Origin: an uncultured Candidatus Saccharibacteria bacterium
Lineage (GTDB): Bacteria > Patescibacteriota > Doudnabacteria > UBA920
DNA length: 64,000 bases
Reading direction: 5' to 3'
Assembly: GCA_964473815.1 (NCBI GenBank)
Contig: CAYYQK010000004.1
Location: 68,493-132,492 of the forward strand
Under the pieces are notes generated by a model. It was not told the DNA's origin. It saw nothing but the letters and a program-made list of their open reading frames with translations, and ran no database searches. The translations under genes were made by a program, and so were the position numbers. Shown here one piece after another: positions 1-8,570 of this stretch (the first letter of the stretch is position 1; each line of letters starts with the position of its first letter).

Positions 1-195
1 ACCGACATTCCTATCCCCCAAGATTTTTTGACCAACATCAAAATGGCAGCGCCGCAGCCGCCGCCTGAAACTCCCAAAATCAAAAACGATGCAGGAAAAT
101 CATACAAAGATCCAATCCCCACACCCGCAATGAAGCAACACAAAAAAACCGCAATGATTTTCGGCCCATTAATATTCATGGTGCCTACATCATAA
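1..195 (+). CDS. 3' end of a gene continuing from upstream of the window (Pro-rich region plus C-terminal hydrophobic segment); partial
   Basis: Frame 1 is open from position 1 to TAA at 193-195 (…MAAPQPPPETPKIKND…AMIFGPLIFMVPTS*). No start codon in window. Convergent with hisS. Confidence 0.3.
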   Translation, partial: TDIPIPQDFLTNIKMAAPQPPPETPKIKNDAGKSYKDPIPTPAMKQHKKTAMIFGPLIFMVPTS

Positions 196-227
196 CGGTT
201 CCTAGTTCAATTCTACGTAAAGTTTTT

Positions 228-1466
228 CTAAAGTTTTGATAAAGATTCCGCCACTTCTTTTAAACTCAACTCATTCTGCTCCCGAGTTTCCAAATTCTTC
301 AGTTGTGCCTTGCCAGATTTCGCTTCTTCCTCACCAATAATCACCGCAAATGGAATACCTTTGCTCTCAGCATATTTAAATTGCTTATCTAGTTTTGTAG
401 TTTCGTAATAGAACTCAACGTTCACGCCTTGCGCACGTAACTCACTGGCAAACTTTAGATATTCTTTTTGCAAATTTTCATTCTGATTTAAAATCAGAGC
501 CTTAATTGGTTGTACTAAACTCAACGCGCCCATTTCTTCCAAAGCTTGGAGCAAACGATCTACGCCGATACTGCCACCAACTGCTGGTAAAGGTTTATCA
601 CTAAACTGATCCACCAAACCATCATAACGGCCGCCACTACAAACACTGCCAAAATCTTTGGCATCATCTAAGAAAATTTCAAACACGGTGCCCGTGTAAT
701 AATCGAGACCACGCGCGATGCTGGCATCAAATTCAACTTTGCCTTGCAAACCATAATTGCTAAGCAGTTCAATTATTTTTTTCACATTTTCTGGAGCCGC
801 GCCGTTACCACCAACCAATTCTTTTGCACGCGCGATTTCATCATCAGAAATACCTGCATCTTGCATCTCTTTTACAATCCCATCCAAACCAATCTTGTCG
901 ATTTTGTCGATCGCGCGAATTGTATCTACAGAAAAATCTTTAAACACGCTGCGGTCATTCAAACGCACCCGATAATTTTTCACGCCAACTGCTTCCAGCG
1001 CAGAACACAAACATGCGATCACATCAACGTCTGACAAAATTGAATCTGTACCAACAGCATCCACGTCACACTGGTAGAACTCGCGGAGTCTCCCCTTCTG
1101 CGGGTTGTCTGCGCGCCATACTGGCGCAATTTGGTAGCGCTTAAAAGGCAAGGTCAATTGCCCCTGATTCTGCGCAACGTAACGAGCCAAAGGCACAGTT
1201 AAATCGTAACGCATCGCTACCTCACGATCACCTTTATCTTTAAAACTGTAAACTAATTTTTCATCTTCACCGTACTTGCCCATCAAAATATCTTTGTATT
1301 CCAAAACCGGAGTCGACAACGGCAAAAAACCAAACCGTTCAAAAACGCTCTGGATCTTTGTAAACACTTGCTGACGAGTGAGTTGTTCCATCGGACCGTA
1401 GTCACGAAAACCCTTCAACAAGCGCGGTTCAATTTTGTTATTCAGTTTGTCATTATTTTCAGACAT
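228..1466 (-). CDS. hisS: histidyl-tRNA synthetase (class II)
   Basis: Motif 2 FKRYQIAPVWRADNPQKGRLREFYQCDVDAVG, motif 3 GGRYDGL, C-terminal anticodon-binding domain. Start chosen at MSENNDKL (ATG at 1464-1466) rather than the upstream extension in the ORF track. Stop TAG at 228-230. Confidence 0.9.
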   Translation of the reverse strand: MSENNDKLNNKIEPRLLKGFRDYGPMEQLTRQQVFTKIQSVFERFGFLPLSTPVLEYKDILMGKYGEDEKLVYSFKDKGDREVAMRYDLTVPLARYVAQNQGQLTLPFKRYQIAPVWRADNPQKGRLREFYQCDVDAVGTDSILSDVDVIACLCSALEAVGVKNYRVRLNDRSVFKDFSVDTIRAIDKIDKIGLDGIVKEMQDAGISDDEIARAKELVGGNGAAPENVKKIIELLSNYGLQGKVEFDASIARGLDYYTGTVFEIFLDDAKDFGSVCSGGRYDGLVDQFSDKPLPAVGGSIGVDRLLQALEEMGALSLVQPIKALILNQNENLQKEYLKFASELRAQGVNVEFYYETTKLDKQFKYAESKGIPFAVIIGEEEAKSGKAQLKNLETREQNELSLKEVAESLSKL

Positions 1467-1527
1467 GGCTAAATTATACCGTTTTTTGGGCAAAAAGAAA
1501 AGGAGCCTGCGGGCGCTCCGAGTTTGC

Positions 1528-2283
1528 CTAATTGATGAATAAGCCATCATCGGTTTTATTTCTCCATGGGACATCACAGAAAGGATAAACCAAATGACTA
1601 AGACATATATCGTATCGTAGTACCCGATTAAAAAACCATGCCGCGGCACCGCTCAGGCTCACAGGTTCCACCACACTCTCTTCGGCCAAATACGACTGCT
1701 CAACTTCGCGTCGTATATCTGAAACCTCCTCTCGCCGGAGTCCGTGACCTGGAGTAGATAAATACATTTCCCATTGAACCCGCGAATGGAGTACGTGGAA
1801 ATCCACCTCGTTAGAACTTCGAGGGTATGTGAGAATTCCATTGAGGACTTCGCTTATTTCGTGCCTTGGTTCCGAAAACATATATGGCTGAGGCATATAG
1901 GTGATGAAAGGATACTTTGGAATCTTTCCGGTCTCGGGCCAAGATTTAAATGGCTTATAGCGTTCAGCGAAGGCATATAAATACCGGTCTATCGCATAGG
2001 CCAAACAACGACCCGCATAGAATGGTATTACGATCTGCTCATAACCGAAATTGTCGACTTCGGGTAGTTGAGATTGTTGCAAATGACCTGAAATTTTCTT
2101 CAAAAAATGTTCACCCAAATTTTCTTTCATGGAATCTGCCGCTGTCCAGAGTGTTTGTTTGTCGTAAGCAAGCACAACAAACCACGCTGAAGGATTTGCT
2201 ACTGCCATGACTCCGATCCTCACTCCGTCTTCACCGACAGTCGTAAGAATCCGATTTACAATCGGATCGGGAATGTCCAACAT
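1528..2283 (-). CDS. hypothetical protein
   Basis: ORF 1528..2343. Internal start MLDIPDPIV at 2283 is preceded by GGAGGAACATTT-ATG (strong SD), so the shorter CDS is preferred. No recognisable family. Confidence 0.5.
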   Translation of the reverse strand: MLDIPDPIVNRILTTVGEDGVRIGVMAVANPSAWFVVLAYDKQTLWTAADSMKENLGEHFLKKISGHLQQSQLPEVDNFGYEQIVIPFYAGRCLAYAIDRYLYAFAERYKPFKSWPETGKIPKYPFITYMPQPYMFSEPRHEISEVLNGILTYPRSSNEVDFHVLHSRVQWEMYLSTPGHGLRREEVSDIRREVEQSYLAEESVVEPVSLSGAAAWFFNRVLRYDICLSHLVYPFCDVPWRNKTDDGLFIN

Positions 2284-2356
2284 AAATGTTCCTCCGTGGT
2301 TTATTTCTGAGCAGATTGTACCTATTCTAAAATTTTGAGTCAAACAAAAAACAGGC

Positions 2357-2728
2357 TTATGCCTGTTTGCGTCCTAGAATGAAGCGTAATGTAGCGCCAA
2401 TCTTGGATTTTTTTAGTTTTTTAGCGCGATGCATAGTTTCGCCTTTTACTCGATGCAAAATTTCTTCAGTCTGCTTGAAACGCATGTAGCCATGCAAAGC
2501 AAGCCAGCCGCCTATCAAAATGAACGCACCACCCAAAACCATCATCCCTAAACCAGTTCCGAAAAATTTAATTATAGTCGCGCCTGCAGCAATTAGAGTT
2601 AATGAGGTTCGAATGTATGACATGAACGAAGTTTCGTTAGTCATAATAGTGCGATCAACCGCCAGATAATCACGCAGGATCATTTGCTCGTGATCTTTTT
2701 CATAGGGAATGTAAGGGTCGCCAGACAT
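2357..2728 (-). CDS. DUF202/YidH-like small membrane protein
   Basis: LRDYLAVDRTIMTNETSFMSYIRTSLTLIAAG resembles the DUF202 signature (ER..LAxERT.LAWxRT.L) followed by TM helices. Confidence 0.45.
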   Translation of the reverse strand: MSGDPYIPYEKDHEQMILRDYLAVDRTIMTNETSFMSYIRTSLTLIAAGATIIKFFGTGLGMMVLGGAFILIGGWLALHGYMRFKQTEEILHRVKGETMHRAKKLKKSKIGATLRFILGRKQA

Positions 2729-2833
2729 AGTTTCCGGGAATTGTTATTTTGTTTCAAGTTTCGTAACCGTTAAATGTATTATATCATAAATTTTTCGGTT
2801 TTGCAAATTGATTTTAGTTGATACAATTTAAAG

Positions 2834-4615
2834 ATGGCGAAAAGATACTTAGCTCCTAACGAGAAAATTGAAAATTACTCCACACTGGCTCTGTTAAGAG
2901 ATATTTTGCGTTGCATAAAACCTTATAAGGGTAAATTTGCGTTCGGAACTATTCTTAGACTAAGTGGTGATGTGATTGCTCTCTACTCTTATATTGCTTT
3001 AGCCAATTTGGTTAACATTTTTAGTAGTGGGCATGCCCAATCCCAGATAAACAGAATATGGCAGATTATAATTTTCTACGGCCTGTCTGTTATGACTAAT
3101 CACCTATTCCGTTATTTTGCAAAAATAAAGATAGGGATGGTTGCCGAGCAAGTTTACAATGACGTAGAAAGGCAATCTATGAATCATTTGTTTCAACTCG
3201 ATATCGCCTGGCATGAAAAAGAGAATAGTGGGAACAAATTGAAGCGGATTCAAACCGCTGCCAATGGGTTTTCCAAAATTATTTATATTTGGGTTAATAA
3301 TATTATTGAAATCATTGTCAATTTAATTGGCGTGGTTTTTATAGTTGCTCATTTTGATAGTTCGATTACCTTTTTAATCATTGGGTTCTTGTCTATTTAC
3401 TTCTTAATTTCCAAAGTCATGCTCAAAAAAGTGGCTGTTGCTAACTACAACTATAATGTCTCTACAGAAGAATTGACTGGGCTAGAATTTGAGTCAATAA
3501 ACAATATACGCACGGTTAAAGTCATGTCCATGGTTGAAAGTTTAACTAAACGGCTAAAACAACGTTTTGATAACGTATTTTTCCGAGCGGGTCATAAAGT
3601 TACAAAAGGGCAGAACCGAAATCTAGCTACTAACACCTTTGGCCATGCATCAAGAGTAATTGCGATGATATTAATAATTCAAAAAATTCTAGCTGGTAAA
3701 TTAGAATTGGGCTTTTTGGTTTTGTTTAATAGTTATTTTGGAAAAATTTGGGAATCCATCGATGAACTATCCACTGTCAGTGAGGATATTTTAGTAGCTC
3801 GCTACTCCATTTCGCGTCTTAATCTGATACTCGCTGAACCGATTACCATTGATAGCGAAAAGGGTAAGAAAAAAATCCCTGAGAATTGGCAGCGAATCGA
3901 GTTTAAAAATGTGTCATTTGCATATGGGGAAAATGAAGTCTTGAATGATTTATCTTTTACAATAAACCGTGGTGAAAAAATTGGTGTAGTAGGTTTGTCG
4001 GGTGCAGGTAAATCAACTTTATTTAAATTACTATTAAAAGAATATGAAAACTTCTCAGGACAAATTTTAATCAATGACGTTCCTATTGAAAAAATTAGCA
4101 AGAAAGATTATTTCCGGCATACAGCTGTTGTTTTGCAGGATACGGAAGTTTTTAATTTATCTTTAAAAGAAAATATATATTTATCTGGTGGTGAGAATAA
4201 AACCTCCGAGCAACAATTAAAAAAATCTATTGCCATAGCTCACGTAAACGACTTCCTCCCTAAACTCCCGCAAGGAATTGATACCGAAATCGGCGAAAAA
4301 GGTGTGCGCCTAAGTGGTGGCGAGCGCCAGCGCTTAGGCCTAGCTCGTGCGGTTTACAAAAATCCTGAAATCCTCCTCTTAGACGAAGCCACCTCACACC
4401 TCGACCTCGAGTCGGAAGAAAAAATTCAGGACTCACTCCATAAATTCTTCCGCAATGTCACTGCAGTGGTTATTGCTCACCGCCTCACCACCATTAAAGA
4501 AATGGATAAAATTCTTGTGCTCGAAAACGGACGCATCTTAGAGTCAGGCAACTTCGCCGAACTCTACGCTCAAAAAGGCCGCTTCTACGAACTCTGGGAA
4601 AAGCAGAGACTCTAG
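2834..4615 (+). CDS. ABC transporter, fused permease/ATP-binding protein (MsbA/MdlB-like exporter)
   Basis: N-terminal 6-TM domain. Walker A GLSGAGKST, signature LSGGERQRLGLARAV, Walker B ILLLDEATSHLD. TACAAT lies 6 nt before the ATG. Confidence 0.85.
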   Translation: MAKRYLAPNEKIENYSTLALLRDILRCIKPYKGKFAFGTILRLSGDVIALYSYIALANLVNIFSSGHAQSQINRIWQIIIFYGLSVMTNHLFRYFAKIKIGMVAEQVYNDVERQSMNHLFQLDIAWHEKENSGNKLKRIQTAANGFSKIIYIWVNNIIEIIVNLIGVVFIVAHFDSSITFLIIGFLSIYFLISKVMLKKVAVANYNYNVSTEELTGLEFESINNIRTVKVMSMVESLTKRLKQRFDNVFFRAGHKVTKGQNRNLATNTFGHASRVIAMILIIQKILAGKLELGFLVLFNSYFGKIWESIDELSTVSEDILVARYSISRLNLILAEPITIDSEKGKKKIPENWQRIEFKNVSFAYGENEVLNDLSFTINRGEKIGVVGLSGAGKSTLFKLLLKEYENFSGQILINDVPIEKISKKDYFRHTAVVLQDTEVFNLSLKENIYLSGGENKTSEQQLKKSIAIAHVNDFLPKLPQGIDTEIGEKGVRLSGGERQRLGLARAVYKNPEILLLDEATSHLDLESEEKIQDSLHKFFRNVTAVVIAHRLTTIKEMDKILVLENGRILESGNFAELYAQKGRFYELWEKQRL

Positions 4616-4616
4616 G

Positions 4617-4730
4617 TAAAACAAAATAGGTATTCTCTAAGAACTCTCCTGAGCACAGTGTGCCGATCCTGGAAAGGATCGGAGCACACGTAGCGAAGCT
4701 GAGTTTGTGAGAATACCTATTTTTGTTTTA
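4617..4730. terminator. Long compound inverted repeat between convergent genes; likely bidirectional intrinsic terminator
   Basis: Outer ~19-bp stem aaacaaaataggtattctc / gagaatacctatttttgttt, inner hairpin ccgatcc-tggaaa-ggatcgg. A-tract 5' and T-tract 3', giving U-tracts in both orientations. Confidence 0.55.
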
Positions 4731-4732
4731 TG

Positions 4733-5950
4733 CTATTTCATCTTCTTCCGGATGAACGCTGGGATGTCGAGTTCATCTTCTTCTTCCTCTGCTTGCTGCA
4801 TTGGCACTGGTTCAACTGGTTTTGGACTAAAGATTGGTTTGCGAATTTCTGGACGGGCTGGCTCAATATCATCCATTGAAGGGTTTACAGGGGCTACAGG
4901 AGCAGAAACTGGTCGAGGTATCATGTCGTCATTCCCAATCGGCGCAAAATTAATGCTGCTGGGACGACGATTGTGTTCATCAAATCCAGTAGCAATAACG
5001 GTGATGCGAATTTCATCACCCATGCTTTCGTCAATAACTGTACCGAACTTCACGCGAGCATCTGGATCAACATTCTTGGTAATAACCTTAGCGGCTTCGT
5101 CGATTTCAAACATACCCAAGTCAGTACCACCAGTGATGTTGAACAACACGCCCTGCGCACCGTCGATAGTCATGTCGAGCAATGGCGAATTAACCGCAGC
5201 CTTAGCAGCAAGTTCAGCGCGGTTTTCACCAGCAGCCTTACCAATACCCATCATCGCGGTACCAGCGTCTTGCATAATTGTGCGGATGTCAGCAAAGTCA
5301 GCGTTAACTACACCGTGAGTAGTAATCAAATCAGAAATGCCGGCAATCCCCTGACGCAACACTTCATCAACAGTTGTGAACGCTTCAATTAATGAAGTCT
5401 TCTTGTCGATGATTTGCAAAATGCGATCGTTCTGAATAGAAATAATTGCATCAACTTTGTCTTTCAAATTTTCGTATCCAGCTTCGGCAATTTCTTTACG
5501 CTTGCTGCCTTCAAAAGTGAACGGCTTGGTTACAACTGCAATGGTTAAAATGTCGCGGTTCTTGGCAAGCTCTGCCACAATCGGCGCTGCACCAGTTCCA
5601 GTTCCCCCGCCAAGACCACAAGTGATGAATACCATGTCAGCATTAGAAATAACTTCTTCGATTTCTTCTTGTGATTCTTCAGCGGCCTGACGACCAAGCT
5701 CCGGATTCATTCCACTACCAAGACCTTTGGTAATAGATTTACCAATGTGGACTTTTTTATCAGCTTGATTGTTGTGCAAAGCCTGAGCATCGGTGTTCAC
5801 AGAAATAAATTCCACACCTTTAATGCCAAGCTGAGCCATCCGGCTTACTGCAGTGGTTCCGGAGCCACCAATACCCATAACTTTAATGCGGGCAAATGTT
5901 TCGATTTTAGGTTTCACTTCCATAGGTTTTTTCATGCTTTTGCTTTTCAC
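4733..5950 (-). CDS. ftsZ: cell division protein FtsZ
   Basis: GIGGSGTTAVSRM and GGGTGTGAAPIVAE tubulin signatures. The ORF-track start at 5950 is GTG; in-frame ATGs at 5935 and 5923 are alternatives. Confidence 0.9.
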   Translation of the reverse strand: MKSKSMKKPMEVKPKIETFARIKVMGIGGSGTTAVSRMAQLGIKGVEFISVNTDAQALHNNQADKKVHIGKSITKGLGSGMNPELGRQAAEESQEEIEEVISNADMVFITCGLGGGTGTGAAPIVAELAKNRDILTIAVVTKPFTFEGSKRKEIAEAGYENLKDKVDAIISIQNDRILQIIDKKTSLIEAFTTVDEVLRQGIAGISDLITTHGVVNADFADIRTIMQDAGTAMMGIGKAAGENRAELAAKAAVNSPLLDMTIDGAQGVLFNITGGTDLGMFEIDEAAKVITKNVDPDARVKFGTVIDESMGDEIRITVIATGFDEHNRRPSSINFAPIGNDDMIPRPVSAPVAPVNPSMDDIEPARPEIRKPIFSPKPVEPVPMQQAEEEEDELDIPAFIRKKMK

Positions 5951-6054
5951 TTACTAAGATTAAAGAAAAAAACGCAAAATAACAACTCAAATTTGAGGGG
6001 GTTTAAATTGTTGTTTTGCGTTTTTTGTTTGATTTTTCAGCCGCTAAGTAGCTT

Positions 6055-7302
6055 TTAGGGCATAATGGCCTTGAACCATTTCTTTAATTTTACCACATTC
6101 TGATTTTCCAACAACCCTTTAATCGGACTGGTAAAATTAAACCCGCCAAAGCCACTTGTGAAGTTTCCACCCCACAAAGCCAACCCCACTACGGTTGCGA
6201 ACGATGGGTCTACCACTTGGTCAATAATGGTATCAGTTTCAGTAGGTACTCCAATTGATACAGGCAAGCGCAAGTAGTGTTTTGCGAATTCAACTATTCC
6301 TGGGAGCGCTGCTCCCCCACCGGTGATAACAATTCCAGCCGGGAGCTTGCCGTCGCGGTCGATGCGTTTTAATTCTGCAGTGATGCGATCAAAAATTTCT
6401 TCTAAACGTGCTTCGATAATTTCTGCAACAAGTTGTTGTGGAATGCGAGATTCTTCTTGCGGATCAATTCTCGACATATCAATTTCTGCAAGCTTGTCGA
6501 CAAGTGCTGGTGCTGCCTGACCATATTGCAACTTCACTTTTTCTGCAGTGTCGATTGTACAACGAAGCCCGATGGCAATGTCATTAGTCATGTGCATGCT
6601 ACCGATTGGAATAATTGCTGTATGTAATAAATTATTTTCTTCGTAAACAGCCAAACTTGTTGTTCCAGCACCAAGGTCAATTAACGCAACGCCCAATTCT
6701 TTTTGGCGCTTGTTCAAAACGGACTGACCAGCAGCCAACGGTGACAATACCAACTGATCAACTTCCAAACCTGCCTGAGTAATAGCTTTGTTCAAGTTCT
6801 TCAAGAACGGCAACGCGCCATGAATAATAATCGTTTCAACCTCAAGACGAATACCAGTCATGCCGATCGGGTCTTTAATCCCGGCCTGGCCATCCAAAGT
6901 AAATGTTTTTGGAATAACGTGAATGACTTCGCGGTTCGGCGGAATGGACACAGCTTGTGAAGCATCAATAACGCGAATAACATCATTTTCAGAAATTTCG
7001 CCATCCGCACGCGACACAGCAATCACGCCCTTACTGTCCATGCAAGCGATGTGATTACCACCAACCGAAACATTGGCATGTGTAACCGGTACGCCGGTCA
7101 TGCGCTCAACTTTTTCCAACACTGCTGAAATAGAAGATACTGCTTCATCAATATCAACTATAACTCCTTTACGAAGTCCGTTAGCAGGAACACTCGCCGC
7201 ACCAATAATATTGATGCGCCCAGTTTCTTCGAGCTTCCCCTGGACTACGCGAATTGTGTGAGTGCCGACATCGAGGCCAACAATGTATTGTTCTTTTGCC
7301 AT
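6055..7302 (-). CDS. ftsA: cell division protein FtsA
   Basis: Actin-like ATPase fold (DVGTHTIRVV…, DLGAGTTSLAVY). Located immediately upstream of ftsZ. Confidence 0.85.
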   Translation of the reverse strand: MAKEQYIVGLDVGTHTIRVVQGKLEETGRINIIGAASVPANGLRKGVIVDIDEAVSSISAVLEKVERMTGVPVTHANVSVGGNHIACMDSKGVIAVSRADGEISENDVIRVIDASQAVSIPPNREVIHVIPKTFTLDGQAGIKDPIGMTGIRLEVETIIIHGALPFLKNLNKAITQAGLEVDQLVLSPLAAGQSVLNKRQKELGVALIDLGAGTTSLAVYEENNLLHTAIIPIGSMHMTNDIAIGLRCTIDTAEKVKLQYGQAAPALVDKLAEIDMSRIDPQEESRIPQQLVAEIIEARLEEIFDRITAELKRIDRDGKLPAGIVITGGGAALPGIVEFAKHYLRLPVSIGVPTETDTIIDQVVDPSFATVVGLALWGGNFTSGFGGFNFTSPIKGLLENQNVVKLKKWFKAIMP

Positions 7303-7335
7303 GCTTTTGTTTTCTGTTCTTAACTTTGTCTGATG

Positions 7336-7776
7336 CTAGTTCAATTTTTCTTTTAAGATTTTCGCAATTAAGGCACCGTCTGCAGTGTTACCAAAGTGCC
7401 CTTTTAACTGACCCATGGCTGCACCAAAATCTGCTTTACCCCAAGAATTGGCAGCAATTTTTTCGTCTATAACTTTTGTAATTTCTTCTTCACTAACCTG
7501 CTCTGGTAAAAACTGTTCTAAAATTTTCAATTCTGCTTCTTCTTTGTCGGCTTGCTCTTGGCGGCCACCGTCACGGAATGCTGTAGCGGCTTCTTTGCGG
7601 CGTTTAGCCTCAGACTGGACCAATAACAAAACATCAGCCTCAGTTAATTCTGAGCCCTTTGCAATTTGATCATTTTGAATTCGAGTTTTTAAGGCCCTGA
7701 GTGTATCCGCTGCGATTTGATCACGAGCTTTTACAGCTGTTTGCAATGCAGTTTCCACTGCAGTGAGATTGACCAT
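7336..7776 (-). CDS. yqeY: GatB/YqeY domain protein
   Basis: Sequence typical of the YqeY family (…LLVQSEAKRRKEAATAFRDGGRQE…ALIAKILKEKL). Adjacent to rpsU, as is common. Confidence 0.7.
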   Translation of the reverse strand: MVNLTAVETALQTAVKARDQIAADTLRALKTRIQNDQIAKGSELTEADVLLLVQSEAKRRKEAATAFRDGGRQEQADKEEAELKILEQFLPEQVSEEEITKVIDEKIAANSWGKADFGAAMGQLKGHFGNTADGALIAKILKEKLN

Positions 7777-7817
7777 GAGTTTTGTTTAAGGATGAGGTGG
7801 CTTCGCTAATTTAGAAT

Positions 7818-8051
7818 TTAGCGACCGCGGCCAGTTTTGAGAGGTTTGCCAAGGCGTTTGGCTTCTTCACGGACGACGCGCATTTCAGAGCGACGTTGCG
7901 CTGCACTGCGCTGCAAGTTGCGGGACTTGGTTGGAGCGAAAAAACGAGTCTTGCGGGCACGCACTAAAACACCGCTTTGTTGAATTTTGCGGTTAAAACG
8001 GCGCAATAAACTATCAAAATTTTCGTTATCTTTACGTTTTACTTCTACCAA
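7818..8051 (-). CDS. rpsU: 30S ribosomal protein S21
   Basis: MVEVKRKDNENFDSLLRRFNRK… matches the S21 N-terminus. TTG start at 8049-8051 preceded by GAGGTGA. Confidence 0.8.
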   Translation of the reverse strand: MVEVKRKDNENFDSLLRRFNRKIQQSGVLVRARKTRFFAPTKSRNLQRSAAQRRSEMRVVREEAKRLGKPLKTGRGR

Positions 8052-8167
8052 TTATGTTCACCTCACTTCAAATGTTTAAGCCAGCGCTCTGTTTCGCCTA
8101 TTGCGAAAAGCCGGCGCTGCGCTTTAGTCATTTACTATTATACAATTTTTCTTAATAAATAGTCAAA

Positions 8168-8201
8168 TAACAAAAAAAATCACCCTCATAAGTAAGGGTG
8201 A
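8168..8201 (-). terminator. intrinsic terminator after the HIT gene
   Basis: tcaccct…agggtga hairpin, followed on the minus strand by U8. Confidence 0.6.
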
Positions 8202-8215
8202 TTCAATTCTGCTTT

Positions 8216-8560
8216 TTAAACTTCTAATTGCTTCCCGCCAAGTAAGTGCAAATGCAAATGCGGGATAATCTGACCACCTTCTTTTCCATTATTGAAGATG
8301 AGTTTGTAACCAGACTCAGAGACCCCGGCCTCAGCCGCGTAATTTTTAGCAGCGAAGATTATCTCGGCGATTAAATTTTTATCAGACTCAGCAAGCCCAT
8401 TTACCGAAACAATGTGACGCTTTGGCATCACCAAAACATGCACAGGTGCTTTAGGCATAATGTCCTTAATGATAATCACATCATCATTTTCAAACAAAAT
8501 ATTCGAAGGTGTTTGCTTGTTAACAATACTGCAAAACAAACAATCGTGGTTTGATTCCAT
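8216..8560 (-). CDS. HIT-family (histidine triad) nucleotide hydrolase
   Basis: C-terminal HLHLHLLGG triad. Start placed at MESNHDCLFCSIV (ATG 8558-8560), which matches HIT N-termini. The ORF track extends to a TTG at 8602, which would overlap the upstream gene by 32 nt. Confidence 0.75.
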   Translation of the reverse strand: MESNHDCLFCSIVNKQTPSNILFENDDVIIIKDIMPKAPVHVLVMPKRHIVSVNGLAESDKNLIAEIIFAAKNYAAEAGVSESGYKLIFNNGKEGGQIIPHLHLHLLGGKQLEV

Positions 8561-8570
8561 ATCTTTATAT

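Noticed and set aside
744-1034. Plus-strand ORFs (744..1034, 757..975) inside hisS
   Set aside because: Antisense to a well-supported synthetase gene, no SD, low-complexity translation. Typical shadow ORFs.
4707-5392. Plus-strand ORFs overlapping ftsZ (4707..5318, 4973..5392)
   Set aside because: Antisense shadows of ftsZ; Ser/Gly-rich junk translation.
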